Below are positions 1-10,794 of a stretch of 64,000 nt of DNA, one piece after another (positions within the stretch are counted from its first letter, which is position 1; the number at the start of each line of letters is the position of its first letter). Below the pieces are notes generated by a model, which worked only from the letters and a program-made list of their open reading frames with translations, was not told where the DNA came from and searched no databases. A program made the position numbers and the translations under genes. The DNA is from Diplonema japonicum (taxonomy: Eukaryota; Protista; Euglenozoa: Diplonemea): the NCBI GenBank assembly GCA_964019335.1, contig OZ025658.1:248001-312000 (forward strand), written 5' to 3'.

Positions 1-177
1 CAAGACGTGGTGGAATGCCTCATACTCCCCGTGAATGTCTGACAGGAAGTGTTCTGTTCCCTTCGGCAGCGATATGATCGTTTCAAGATTCACCACTTCT
101 GTTGCAGCGGCTTGTCTGTTCGGGTACTGCTCCGAGAGAAGCTTGAGATAGTCCATATCCGGTGGGAAATGAGTCAT
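1..177 (-). CDS. fbp: Fructose-1,6-bisphosphatase class III (Firmicutes-type), N-terminal 59 aa; gene runs off the window start
   Basis: Manual translation from ATG at 177: [59 protein letters not shown]. It contains the class III FBPase signature [19 protein letters not shown]. Not in the ORF track. Confidence 0.9.
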   Translation of the reverse strand, partial: MTHFPPDMDYLKLLSEQYPNRQAAATEVVNLETIISLPKGTEHFLSDIHGEYEAFHHVL

Positions 178-458
178 TTTTTGCTTTTTTTTTTTTTTCC
201 CCCTTCTTTTGTGGAGGGATGATGGAGGGGAGAATGGCATGAAGAGAGGAGAAAAAAAAAAAAGGGAAAAAAAAAAAGAAAAAGAAAACTCGGAGGGTTT
301 TTTCTTTTTGTTTTGTTTGTTGTTTTTTTTTTTTTTTTTTCTTCTTTCGTGCTGCCTACTTTGGTTGTCACAGGATGGGTAGAGGAAAACAGTGTAAAAA
401 ACCAAAGATACCCAGATTTCATCAAAGGCATTTATTTATTTATTTATTTATTTATTTA

Positions 459-733
459 CTGTAAAACAAAAAAGAAGAGAAAAAATATCCGGGGGGGGGG
501 GGGGGGGGGGGTTTGTCACTCCGGCATTTATTTTTCTCTTCCGACCTTTTTCTCCCCAGGCATCAATTATGTCCTTACAGAAAGGGAGGAATACTTCCTG
601 TGCCCAGATCTCTGAGGGTATCCTCACCCCCTCCCCCAAGCCGAAAATGCCGGCTGGAGAAAAATATCCGGGCTTTTTTCGCTTCCGGGAGTTTGTCACT
701 CCGGTATTTTCTCTGGAATTTTTCGCTTTACAG
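459..733. mobile_element. MITE with CTGTAAA...TTTACAG termini and TA target duplication (pogo/Tc1-mariner-like)
   Basis: TA|CTGTAAA at 457-465 and TTTACAG|TA at 727-735, inserted in a (TTTA)n run. Internal repeats AAAAATATCCGG and GTTTGTCACTCCGG. Same terminal motif as the pogo element at 39554. Confidence 0.7.
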
Positions 734-745
734 TATTTATTTATG

Positions 746-796
<51 letters not shown>

Positions 797-878
797 TTTT
801 GAAAGAAAGAAGACTTAATTAGCAACCAAACTCTTTTCAAAGAAGTTTGATGTTGTTGCTGTTAAAAGAGAAAAGAAA

Positions 879-920
879 TTCAAATTAACATGCAAGCCCC
901 TAAGACGAAAGCCGCATGCC
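879..920. repeat. 42-bp dispersed repeat, copy 1
   Basis: TTCAAATTAACATGCAAGCCCCTAAGACGAAAGCCGCATGCC is identical at 59132-59173. Confidence 0.85.
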
Positions 921-1027
921 AAAAAAAGAAAAGAAGAAGAAACGATAAAGCTCGTAGTTTTGATCCCAGAGTTCAGGTTGCTTTGTGGCTCTTTACCCAG
1001 TTTTTTCGACGCTTACTGCTGATGATA

Positions 1028-1060
<33 letters not shown>

Positions 1061-1568
1061 AAAAAAATGCGTCAGGAGCTACACTCAATAAAACGGTGGT
1101 AATAACGGCCTTTTCACCACAATTCCCCTTTTCTCTGTTCTCTGAAAAACCCAGCGTTTTTTTCTTTTTTTTATATCGGTCCTGCACGGTCAAAAGGTGG
1201 ATTTTCTTTTTAAGAGCCCCACAGCAGTGCCTACTAATACTATTTCGCGAACGTCCTATGTACTGACAAGAAGAAGAAGAAGAAAGGGGGGGGGGGGGGG
1301 GGAGAAAAAGAAAAAGAATACCATCCTCTACATGAATCTGCCTTTATGAGTATAAAACCAGGTATTTTTAAGGTGGCGATTTTGCGCTCGCCAGCTAACT
1401 CCTGTGGCTTCTTTAAAAAAAAGACTTCTTTTTTAATATCACCTGGGGACAATGCCTACTGGGAGCTTACTGTAAAAAGAAAAAAGAAGGAAGAAAAAAA
1501 AAAAAGAAAAAAAAGAAAAAACGGTGTTTGTCACCGGTGGGTTATATTGTAAACACCTTGGTAGAAAC

Positions 1569-1599
<31 letters not shown>

Positions 1600-1809
1600 T
1601 CAAAACTAATGCAACGGGGCCGCGTGCTAAGATGAAAGAAGGCAGGGGAGGAAGTCGCAAGCAAACAACCCACGCCACAAAGCGCGGGCAAAATAGGAGA
1701 AAAGAGAAAAAAAATCACTGGGAAAAGGGTAGCAAGTTAAGGGGTAGGAAGGATTCAAGAAGGCAAGGATGAAGTTCTTTTTATAATATTATACACTTCG
1801 CTGCGCTCG

Positions 1810-1857
<48 letters not shown>

Positions 1858-2128
1858 CTTTTCTTTTAGTACAACTTGTCGTTTTATTAATTTCTTCTGC
1901 TCGAGTTAGGGAGGGCCCTTCACTCCGACACAAAAAATAAATAGTACAAGTTTATTTGAATCATTCACTTTTTTTTTTTAAAAGACCATATTAGTTCGAA
2001 GGGAGGGAAAATTAGAAAATAAAGGATGAACAACATCAACGTTTTGTAAAAAGTACCAATAAATTTAGCAAAAAATGGTTGTACAATTTCTCTCAGATTT
2101 CTTTTCTTCTCCTCCCCCCTCCCCCTTA

Positions 2129-2330
2129 GGCATAGCAGTGATGCGAATCGGGTTTCCGCATCATATTTTCGCATGCGAAAATCATTTCCGCAGCATGGTC
2201 CTTTGGTTTTGGAGGAAGCTCGGGTCGAGGACAGGAAGCACCTGACGGACGAGTGTGAAAATGCGAAAATTTGGGCTCAGAGCTGAAAATGCGAAAATGT
2301 ACGAAAACCGATTCGTTTCACAGCTATGCC
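2129..2330. mobile_element. ~200-bp MITE with GGCATAGC...GCTATGCC terminal inverted repeats
   Basis: Left end TA|GGCATAGCAGTGATGCGAATCGGG versus reverse complement of right end TA|GGCATAGCTGTGAAACGAATCGG. Internal GAAAATGCGAAAAT repeats. Confidence 0.7.
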
Positions 2331-2332
2331 TA

Positions 2333-3259
2333 GGAGGGGTCATATGTTGTCGATAAAGTGATTTTTTTTTCAGTTTTGCCAAAGTATGTGTCTAACACCC
2401 TAAAAAGGTGAAAAACGGGATTCTGGTGTTGGGGTGTATAAAATAACTATTTATTGCCAACAAATAATGAGTCATTATTTAACTCGAGTTCCCGAATTTT
2501 TTGCACGAGGGCCCGCAGGGCCCGAGTGCAAAAAAACGGGTAACGAGTGTTAAATAATGGCTCATTTGGCGGCAAGTAAGTCGTTTTATTTCACTCTTCG
2601 TCATTTGAGTCACTCACTCTTCACTGCTTTCACTGCTGTTTTTTTTCACGCAGGTCAGCTTTTTGGGGATTTTCCTAAGGTAATACAGGGTAGCTATTTC
2701 GCCGTGGCATTTAAAGGGGAAGTAAGGCACTTATTCCCACTTTTAAGGGCTGGAATGGCCTCAGATGGCCAAAAATAGTCAAAATACCCCCACCCCAAAA
2801 AAATTTTTCAAGGGGTTGGGTGCATTTTTTTCCACGACAAGACCCATTTTTTCACTCTGAAGGGCCATTATTTAACTGCAAAATCTCATTATTTAACTAG
2901 TTAAATAATGGCGATTTCGCGTTAAATAATGGCCATTTCGCGTTAAATAATGAGGCCCCTAGTGAGTGAAGAAAATGACGAAGAGTGAAATAAAAAAAAA
3001 AAAAAAAAAAAATTCTCAAAACCATAAGGCATAGGGGCAAAAGTAGGCCCCCGGAACCACACGCGGGCAATTTTTTAAAGATTGCTTTCTGGCCACAATA
3101 AAGTGCCAAAAAGTGGCCAAAACCACGCGAAAACCTATTTTCTTTTGGGCCTACGAACCCGATTGTCTGGTGGAAAACACATAGAAACTTTTTTTTCTTT
3201 GGCAAAACTGAAAAAAAATGACTTTATCGACGTTTTTAAGGCCAATATGACCCCCCCCC
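2333..3259. mobile_element. MITE with ~50-bp imperfect TIRs (GGGGTCATAT...ATATGACCCC), interrupted by a nested 550-bp element
   Basis: GGGGTCATAT..GTCGATAAAGTGATTTTTTTTTCAGTTTTGCCAAAG (2336-2384) is mirrored at ~3197-3254. TA on both flanks. Confidence 0.7.
2441..2994 (+). mobile_element. ~550-bp non-autonomous hairpin-ended element (putative Crypton partner), copy 1
   Basis: Near-identical copies at 11652-12203 (inverted) and 36081-36565, and a partial copy at 62707-62780. Starts AATAACTAT, then a 122-nt imperfect hairpin (2454-2575). 23-bp inverted repeat TTTTATTTCACTCTTCGTCATTT at 2584-2606 and ~2973-2995. 21-bp tandem repeats. Confidence 0.85.
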
Positions 3260-3323
3260 TACCCCCCTCGCAAACTACAAAAAAAAAACTTTATCAGCTT
3301 CCGTTCAAGGGCACAATACAACT

Positions 3324-3389
<66 letters not shown>

Positions 3390-3448
3390 ACCACCAGGGA
3401 AAGGAATCAAAGGGAGGGAGGGGGAGAGCCAAAAAAAAAAGGGGGGTA

Positions 3449-3889
3449 TCAGAAAGGTGCGTTTTCATTCTCAGCAACCACCTCGTCAGGTGGTGTCAAG
3501 GCCGTCCGGCACAAGGGGCACACGGGGAGGTTTTCCTTGTGAAGACAGGTTGCGATCCATGTCCGCATGCAGGCTGTGTGTGTGGTGTGTGCACAGCCAG
3601 GGATGGCGACCCATTCTGCGGGGTCCTCTTCTTCCTCCGCTGCAAGGCATATCGAGCATTCATGTCCTGGAGCGACAGGTGTCGTTGAGGTGCAAGTGAG
3701 AAGAACCATGTCAACCTTTTGCTTTTCAACCACTGCGGCCGCCTGGCTGCGTTCTCGCATCTCCCGCCGCATCTCCTTTCTCAACAATTTGGCCCTGCTC
3801 ACACGCATGCACACAAACACGATGCACACACAGCAACACAAGACCACCAAGGTTGCCGACACAAGAACTATTATCCCCGCAGTGTTCAT
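3449..3889 (-). CDS. Membrane-anchored RING-H2 E3 ubiquitin ligase (ATL/RNF-like)
   Basis: Start MNTAGIIVLV. N-terminal hydrophobic helix. C-terminal CSIC...CAHTTHTAC..W...CPLC RING-H2. Confidence 0.85.
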   Translation of the reverse strand: MNTAGIIVLVSATLVVLCCCVCIVFVCMRVSRAKLLRKEMRREMRERSQAAAVVEKQKVDMVLLTCTSTTPVAPGHECSICLAAEEEEDPAEWVAIPGCAHTTHTACMRTWIATCLHKENLPVCPLCRTALTPPDEVVAENENAPF

Positions 3890-4073
3890 TGTTTTTTTTT
3901 TCTTTTTTTTTGTTTTTTTTCCCTTCTTTTTTTTTAAACCCCTCCCCCCCCTCTTTTTTTTCTTTCTTTTCCGCACCAAATATCAACAAAAAAAAAAAGA
4001 AAACCACGAACCTACTGTAAAGCAGAGGGGGAGAAAAAAAAATATTTACACATCGATTATTAAGATCTTCTTG

Positions 4074-6224
4074 TCAGCGTCTGGCCAGCGACAGCATGAT
4101 CAATGCAAACTCATCAAAGCTGACCTTCCCGTCGTCCATCACCTTGTACTTCTTGAGGATCCCGTCCAGCTCGTTGTTCGACTGGTACAAACCGAAGTTC
4201 TGAAAGTTGCTGAAGATGACTTTGAACTCATCAAAGTCCAGGTACCCCGACCCGTCGGCATCGAGCTCTTGGAACTTACGGCGCAGCGCCTCGTCTGTAA
4301 TAGGCAACCCACCAATATTACCCTCAATGGACGAGAGGGAGTAAGGCGATCTTCTTTTATGACGTTTAGGCGGCATTTGGAACAAACAAGACGAGCTGTT
4401 TGCAATGGTGACATCGGATTGGTTACACCCAGACTGGAACATGGGCAGGGTGGTGTTCTCGTTCAATGTGTCGCAGTGGACCTCGTTACTGGCCCGACCC
4501 CTACCGTAACCGGGGTACAACGGGTGGAGAAGCGAACCTTGAGAAACAACCAAAGGAGGATGCCCGTTACCCTCGGCACAGTCTTCATCTTCATCCTCGA
4601 CAGTTTGTTGCAGCTCGTCACCATATACCCTTGCGGGCGGCAAGGCAGGTGCCCATGCTGGTCGGAACATGGTGCTGTCCCTAGCCTCTGGTTTCGACGA
4701 TTTGCCACGTATCAAGTCACGTTCGATGTCTTGCTTCCCTTTTCTACCTTTGCATGAAGCAGATATTTCAGGAAGACCGGACATCCCGCAGGATGTGGTT
4801 GCAATGTGACGCGTAAAGAGCCCACCGTCATATAAATCACCCACAGGACACCCTGACAGATTGATCTGGACAAGCATGCGATTGTTCGGGAAGAGGGAAC
4901 ACAGAGCTTTGAGAACAGCGGGTGAGGATGAAATATCATTTGCTGAGAGGTCGAACTCGGCCAAACGGCACATTGGAGCTAGAACGCTGCAGATGGCCAC
5001 GGCGGCATCGTTCGTTATGCTGTTCCCTGACAAGTCGAGGTTTCTGATTAAAAGATTGTTCGCCAGGGACTGAACAAGCAATGTTGCACCGGACGGTCCG
5101 ATGTTAGTCTCGCCGAGGTTTAGCGAGTCGACTGTTGTGTTAATCTTCATGACTTCTGCTAACATTTCAGCGCCCGTTGGTCCTAAGTTGTTGCCGTCCA
5201 ACTGTACTGTTTGCAAGCACGGTGCGATTCTGATCAAATCGCAAACCGATTGCAACGACACGGAAGTCATCCCAACCTGTGTCAGATCCACGTATCTTAT
5301 AATCTTCCCGCGGAGGCCCTGACACAATGCAGTGACACCATCATCTCCTAATGTGTTTAACCCGAAGTTTATCATTAAGAATGACGGGGAGATCAGCTTC
5401 TCGCCGAATTGTTTCGCGGTATCGGATGTAATGCAGCAGCATTCCAAGTTTACATCACGAAGCTGCAGGTTCACATTGCAAAGATCTGCCAGTTTTACAA
5501 CCGACGACCCCAAACGGTTCTTTTGCAGGTGCAGGGCCGTGATGGTGGTGTTGTGGTGAAGACCGTCAAATAGTATCTCACCCCCCTCCGGGTTGATATC
5601 ATTGTTCCCGATGTTCAGATATGTAAGTGAAGCGTTACGACGGAGGCCTTCTGTAAAGGCAGCGCAGCCAGCCTCTCGGAGACGGTTGCCGTACAAATTC
5701 AAGGATTTCAGTTTTCTAGTCTGCGTGATGGCCGCGGAGAGCGCAGCAGCACCAGGTGTTCCGATTCTGTTGTTTTCAAGGATCAACGATCTGATCTCTC
5801 CACATTTTTTTGTTGGTGTTGCCTCCATTTGCAATTCCAACATTTGAGCAATGGCTAAGGTACCGTAATCACCTATTCCACAGCTGGACAAGTCTAGTAT
5901 TTCAAGGCTTTGGTTGAGGGATAACGCTTCGCATAAAGCTCTGCATCCCGAATCTCCAACAGTGTTGTGAGCGAGGCCCAGGTACCGCAATGTGTGGTTG
6001 GCGCTGAGCGCCTCCGCCAGGGCGAACGTGCCCGCTTCTGTAACGTTGCATCTTCCGAGCTCCAGCGAGGTCAGGCTCCAGTTCTCCACCAGACCCTTCC
6101 CGATGTCTATCACGTCTTCCGACACAATATCAATCCCTTGCAGCTTCGGGCTTAACGCCATTACAGTATTATCCGTCAGCCCAAACCTCTCTAAGTACGT
6201 TGCTCCGTTCCCTACGGACGGCAT
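4074..6224 (-). CDS. Ribonuclease-inhibitor/NLRC3-like LRR protein with C-terminal EF-hand pair
   Basis: About 14 repeats of LxxLxLxxNxIGxxG with 28-aa periodicity. EF-hand loops DADGSGYLDFDEF and DDGKVSFDEF. Confidence 0.9.
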   Translation of the reverse strand: MPSVGNGATYLERFGLTDNTVMALSPKLQGIDIVSEDVIDIGKGLVENWSLTSLELGRCNVTEAGTFALAEALSANHTLRYLGLAHNTVGDSGCRALCEALSLNQSLEILDLSSCGIGDYGTLAIAQMLELQMEATPTKKCGEIRSLILENNRIGTPGAAALSAAITQTRKLKSLNLYGNRLREAGCAAFTEGLRRNASLTYLNIGNNDINPEGGEILFDGLHHNTTITALHLQKNRLGSSVVKLADLCNVNLQLRDVNLECCCITSDTAKQFGEKLISPSFLMINFGLNTLGDDGVTALCQGLRGKIIRYVDLTQVGMTSVSLQSVCDLIRIAPCLQTVQLDGNNLGPTGAEMLAEVMKINTTVDSLNLGETNIGPSGATLLVQSLANNLLIRNLDLSGNSITNDAAVAICSVLAPMCRLAEFDLSANDISSSPAVLKALCSLFPNNRMLVQINLSGCPVGDLYDGGLFTRHIATTSCGMSGLPEISASCKGRKGKQDIERDLIRGKSSKPEARDSTMFRPAWAPALPPARVYGDELQQTVEDEDEDCAEGNGHPPLVVSQGSLLHPLYPGYGRGRASNEVHCDTLNENTTLPMFQSGCNQSDVTIANSSSCLFQMPPKRHKRRSPYSLSSIEGNIGGLPITDEALRRKFQELDADGSGYLDFDEFKVIFSNFQNFGLYQSNNELDGILKKYKVMDDGKVSFDEFALIMLSLARR

Positions 6225-6555
6225 TGTTCTTTTTCTTTTCTTTTTTTTGAAACCTTTGGGGGAAGGGGAAAAAAAAAACAGGGGAGTGGGGAATCATTGA
6301 TAATTATAAAAAAATATTAAAAAAAACTGTGGTTGGGTAGGTGGTGTGGGGGGGGGTAAAAAAAAGGAAAAAAGAAGAGGGAGTGATGGCAAGGAATGAA
6401 AAAAAGAGGGGGGGGGGAAGAGAATAAAAGGATGAAACACGGTGGGGAAAAAAGGAGGGGGGTGACAACCAGGAGGGAAAAAGAAGATTAAAAAACCTTG
6501 TAGTATACAGGAGAAGAAGAAGAAAAAAAAACCAGAAAGGGAAAGCCTGCTACCA

Positions 6556-6586
<31 letters not shown>

Positions 6587-6947
6587 GTTAAATTTCATTC
6601 TTGGGAAACTCTCTCTGAACCTATCTGTTTCTTTTTTTCTTAATTTTTTTTAAAAAATTCTCCATCCCAGGCTTCCCCTGTCCCCCCTGCACCCCCTCCC
6701 TTTTTTTTTCCCTCCCTCCCCTAATCTTCCAACTCTTCCCTCCCAACCTACACCTTAGGAAGGGAAGAGAATTTAAAAAAAAAAAAAAGAAGGGTGTATT
6801 TTTTATTTCTTTTCATTTTTTTTTAAATTTTTTTTTCCGCTTTATGTTTTTTTTTTTTTTTAAAAAAAAGAAAATTGAGAGGGGGTTGGGTGATGGGGGT
6901 GTGGGCAAACACTGCAAACAAAAAAAAAAAAAATCTCTTTTTTTCTT

Positions 6948-7588
6948 CTATTTCCTCTTTCTTCTCCCGATTTGGGCGCTGAAACCTCCGGTGATGGACT
7001 GCACTGTACGAGACGCATTGCACTGGTTGCACTGGAGGGTGGTCAGTCTAGAATGAGGATCCTTAACGAGCTTGGTATCAGTAGAGTGGCACATAGAACA
7101 GGTGACGTATGCATCGATATACTTCCTGAGGAGGCCTTCGATATGTTTAGTGTTCAGCCTACCCTTCAGGATCAGACAGTTGTTACCATCGATATTTCCA
7201 GAAGTACCCAATTCAGTCACAGTGTAGTTGAAAACGTGTTCCTGGTTTCTGTTAAGCGATTTGCAGATCTCCGCGAAGTTTGTGAAGGCAACCTTCTTGG
7301 TCCCGTCTCGAACCACGTTGGGAGGGCGGATTTTGTAAACAGTTTTGACGCCGAGTTGCGGGTTGTTTGCCTTGATTCTGTCGTAGACACGCGAGAGGAT
7401 CTCCGGGTAGGTGTAGTCACGGTCTGTTTCCTGAAGTGCGTCCCAGTCCACTGCCCCGCTGTGTGTTTGTTCGACAGTCTTCTTCTTCTTCTTCTTCGTC
7501 TTCAGAGATGCGTAGAACGCCTCCAGAGTTTCCACGTCCGAGTCATCCCCTTCTGCTGGCTTTGTGTTCCCTTCTGGTGCCTTCTGAA

Positions 7589-7645
<57 letters not shown>

Positions 7646-7802
7646 TGTTGGGTTTTAATACCTGCTCCGGTTGCTCCTTTGCTGGTTTCGGCGACGCTTC
7701 TTGGTCGCTTCCCTCGTCGTCACTCTCGACCTTCTTCTTGACCGCCTTCTTCTTCTTCTTGCGCTTCAGGGTGTTCTCAATATCTTCGTCGCTGCTGCTC
7801 AT
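6948..7802 (-). CDS. EIF2S2: Translation initiation factor eIF2 beta; one predicted intron 7590-7661
   Basis: AAG-encoded K-boxes, DYTYPEILSR, NFAEICKSLNR, ELGTSGNIDG and CSMC...CNQC zinc ribbon. An in-frame GTATTA...(AC)n-A42-G segment is read as an intron. Confidence 0.93.
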
Positions 7803-7910
7803 TTTCTTGTTTTTTTCCTTTCTTCTTTTTTCCAAAAAGGGGGCGGGGGCCTGAAATGTGACTGAAAGAAACAAAAAAAAAATATATATTTAAAAAAAAG
7901 AAAAAAAGAA

Positions 7911-9479
7911 TCACGTCACCCATCTATGCGCGTACACGCCTTCCCGCCGCAATCTATCAACGACCTCCTCGTCGTTCGTTTGAACAAACGCTTCGTCTGG
8001 TGGTTCGGATGGAAGCGAACCGTCGTCAGAAATGAAACATATCAGAACCTTGTTGGGGTCTCCTTTGCGCGAGCACAGTGGGCCGATAAACTCCACCGTG
8101 CTGTTAAGATGCGAAGGCACAGGGTAGTAGATGCCCAAGGGCGACGAGATGTAAACAGGGAGAGATGAAAGCAACCTGGAATCGAACCAAGACAGAAGGT
8201 AGAGAACCTTCGGATCCGAAAAAGGTTCGATATACAGTGGCTTCTCCTTCAACCTCGGTGGCGACCTTTGTGTACATGGAAACCCATAACACTTAGAATC
8301 CACACCATTCGGTGTGGGAACCTCGTACGACGGTGTGAAAAAGGGCGATGGGGAGAATAAATCCCGCGAGCGTCTCGCGAAGGCAACAAAAAAGGACAAG
8401 GATGACTCCCGACGACCGTGAAAAACCGCGGAGTGTTCTGCTATGATTTGGTCGACGGCTGCCTTCGTGTACGTCATAGTGGTGGAGGTCATGTCGAGGA
8501 GAGGAACCGATTTACCGTAAGTTAAGGGTTTTGCATGCGTTCCGCAGACAATTCTGTCCAAAAGCTTGAGGTTTTCGGCAACACCGTGGAGAAGCGGGTC
8601 ATGGCACTTCACACCGCCTATGATATATAAGGGACGGTTCGACGGGAATTTTGAAGCTGCCGTCAATGCGGTACGGATCTCATCAAGCGCGATTTTTTTC
8701 GGGTCCCATATTGTGTTCTTCCCCAACATTTTTTTAACCCCGTCCGCTCTGAGCAGGATCCAGTCCGGCTCCGCACGGACGTGAACAGCGTCGAACTGTA
8801 CCGGCAACACCTTCAACGTGTTCATCGCTTCCCGTTGTATCTTATTAGCGGGTGTGATGGCGTTTAAAACACGGAGGACGATGTCGCTATGCCCCGTCCA
8901 GTCAATGCTGAACTGGCACTTCATTTTTATGTAGTTAGTCGTGTTTCCATTTTCTTCCGATGCCTTTTTGATGGTTTCAAGCATGGATTCTGCGCTTTTA
9001 AACGATGTGGTTTTGCCTATGTGAGTTTTCACCTTGACAATTCTTGCAGGGAGCTTGTCGTGGATGTTCAGGTGCGTTTCGAGGGTTTCCTTTAAGAACT
9101 CAATGTTGAAGTAGGTGTTCAAGGGTACCGACTTCTGCTCTGTTTGTTTCGACGCGCTCCCGCCGTTTGTGAACGGGGCGAGGCCCGTGGGGAGGATTAC
9201 GGAGACGTTTGCAAGGATGCCTGCTGCAATTCCGTTAAGGAGGCATATCCGCTGGTTGTTCAGCCCCCCCGCCACGACAAGCGACAGAAACACCTCTCGG
9301 TTCCACAATGCCTTCCGCGCAGTACGTTTCAAAGGACTAAATGTTTGCGGCACGCGTGTGTTGTAAACAGGCGACAAAGTAGAAACTTGTCTACCGTCCA
9401 TAATCCATCTCCATGTTACCACCACGCTTATAAGACCCAAGATGGTAACTATTGTTAGGTACCGTATAAGCGCTTTCAT
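7911..9479 (-). CDS. Type II membrane GDP-fucose O-fucosyltransferase-family glycosyltransferase
   Basis: N-terminal TM. Motifs GGLNNQR, FDAVHVRAEPDW and AAVDQIIAEHSAVFHG..SSLS. Confidence 0.8.
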   Translation of the reverse strand: MKALIRYLTIVTILGLISVVVTWRWIMDGRQVSTLSPVYNTRVPQTFSPLKRTARKALWNREVFLSLVVAGGLNNQRICLLNGIAAGILANVSVILPTGLAPFTNGGSASKQTEQKSVPLNTYFNIEFLKETLETHLNIHDKLPARIVKVKTHIGKTTSFKSAESMLETIKKASEENGNTTNYIKMKCQFSIDWTGHSDIVLRVLNAITPANKIQREAMNTLKVLPVQFDAVHVRAEPDWILLRADGVKKMLGKNTIWDPKKIALDEIRTALTAASKFPSNRPLYIIGGVKCHDPLLHGVAENLKLLDRIVCGTHAKPLTYGKSVPLLDMTSTTMTYTKAAVDQIIAEHSAVFHGRRESSLSFFVAFARRSRDLFSPSPFFTPSYEVPTPNGVDSKCYGFPCTQRSPPRLKEKPLYIEPFSDPKVLYLLSWFDSRLLSSLPVYISSPLGIYYPVPSHLNSTVEFIGPLCSRKGDPNKVLICFISDDGSLPSEPPDEAFVQTNDEEVVDRLRREGVYAHRWVT

Positions 9480-9580
9480 CTCTTTTTTTTTTTTTTTTTT
9501 CCCTTCTTCTAGTGTACCTTTTTTTTTTTCCCCTCCTCTTTTTTGTGACCGCAAGAGAGAAGAAAAAAAATGATGCTGCC

Positions 9581-10009
9581 TTAGAACGAAAGATCCGTGG
9601 CTTTCTCCTGTCCCATGCCCGTGAGCGAGGCTGTGGAGACTCCTGTCGGCTTCACTCGTAGCTGTTGGGTCAGCACCGTGAATTTCGCCTCGATTTTTTG
9701 TATCAGTTCCTCATCTAAGGCAGACGTGTTCGCTGTGTCCAGTAATGTCGTCAGGGTGGTGATATTTTTCAAGGTCCGCTCGGAAGGGTTTAGTTTCGGA
9801 ATGATTTTTTTAATGACCTGCAGGTACCCACTCACGTAACCCAACCGAGACCCTGCTATAGACCCTGCCTCTGCACCAAGCTTCACACCTTCAACTGCTG
9901 CCTCGCCCACACCAGCCTGCCACCCTGCCTCGTACCCTTCAGTGTATTGCGCTTCCTCCCATTTTAAAATTTTGTCGAAATAATCATCGGCAGGTTGGTC
10001 ACCACTCAT
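9581..10009 (-). CDS. Yae1/Lto1 (ORAOV1)-family protein
   Basis: deca-GX3 pattern EGYEAGWQAGVGEAAVEGVKLGAEAGSIAG...G. C-terminal LSF. Confidence 0.75.
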   Translation of the reverse strand: MSGDQPADDYFDKILKWEEAQYTEGYEAGWQAGVGEAAVEGVKLGAEAGSIAGSRLGYVSGYLQVIKKIIPKLNPSERTLKNITTLTTLLDTANTSALDEELIQKIEAKFTVLTQQLRVKPTGVSTASLTGMGQEKATDLSF

Positions 10010-10045
10010 TTTATTTTGTTTTTCCTCCGAAGTATTTTTCATGGT

Positions 10046-10080
<35 letters not shown>

Positions 10081-10794
10081 AGGGACAACAGGACCACCCC
10101 ACGTGTAACAAAACAAAAAAAAAAAGGCCTCAAAGACTAGGGATCTTAAGCTTCTTCAGAAACGCGGTCTGGGCCTTGACATGAGAGTAGCTCTTTGGAG
10201 GGATGTACACCACCCTGCCCTTGAAAGCATAATCCCTGTCGCCCCTCCCTTGAGAAATAACCTTACCATCATAGACGACAGACATCTTCATATCCGGAAC
10301 TCTGAGACCGCCCATCTTTAAGGGGTTCGGGGGAGGAGCAGAAGGCTCCCCTCGCTACCTGAGGTGATAGTATGTTGAGTACAAAAAAAAGGGGGGGGAA
10401 AGGAGCGGGGAATAGCTTCCATGCAATATAGGCATAATCTTTCAGCAAAGTAAAAAAAAATGGGGGGGATCGTAAAACCTAGCAAATTGTGTGAATTGAA
10501 AACCCAATTATTGAGGTCAAAAAGAAGGGGGTGGGGTTACTCTTTTCATCCATGATTTCACGTCATGAATCCCTCCCTTTTTTATGCCTTGGTGTAAAAT
10601 AATTCAAGAATAAGAAAGAAAAAAAAAAGAGTGAAAATTATAAATGCAAAAGAGTGGAGTGGCGAAAAGAATATAAAAAAAGGAGGGAAGCAAAAAAAAA
10701 AAAAAAAAAAAAAAAAAATAACTCCAGCAAAACTTTCGTAGTGAAAATATCAGAAGATTCATTTTAAAAAAGCTACGCGGCACACAAGTTGCAT

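Noticed and set aside
174-2100. Many short poly-Lys/poly-Phe ORFs here and throughout the window
   Set aside because: They are translations of A/T homopolymer runs in intergenic DNA, not proteins.
2557-2778. Identical 73-aa ORF at 2557 and 36107
   Set aside because: It results from the repeated 550-bp element, with no evidence of coding.
2900-2956. CRISPR-like repeat array
   Set aside because: Head-to-tail tandem repeats with no unique spacers, no cas genes and a eukaryotic context.
3567-4757. Long plus-strand ORFs antisense to real genes (also 6972-7658, 20123-20947, 29674-30555)
   Set aside because: Shadow ORFs of minus-strand coding sequence with no recognisable motifs.
7590-7661. Third poly-Lys K-box of eIF2 beta
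   Set aside because: The true K-boxes use AAG codons. This AAA run with an (AC)n repeat is bounded by GTAT..AG and fits the intron class. Retention cannot be excluded because it is in frame.
10130-10315. 61-aa ORF in a GC-richer patch
   Set aside because: No recognisable motif or A-rich leader. Possibly a mobile-element scrap, but unsupported.
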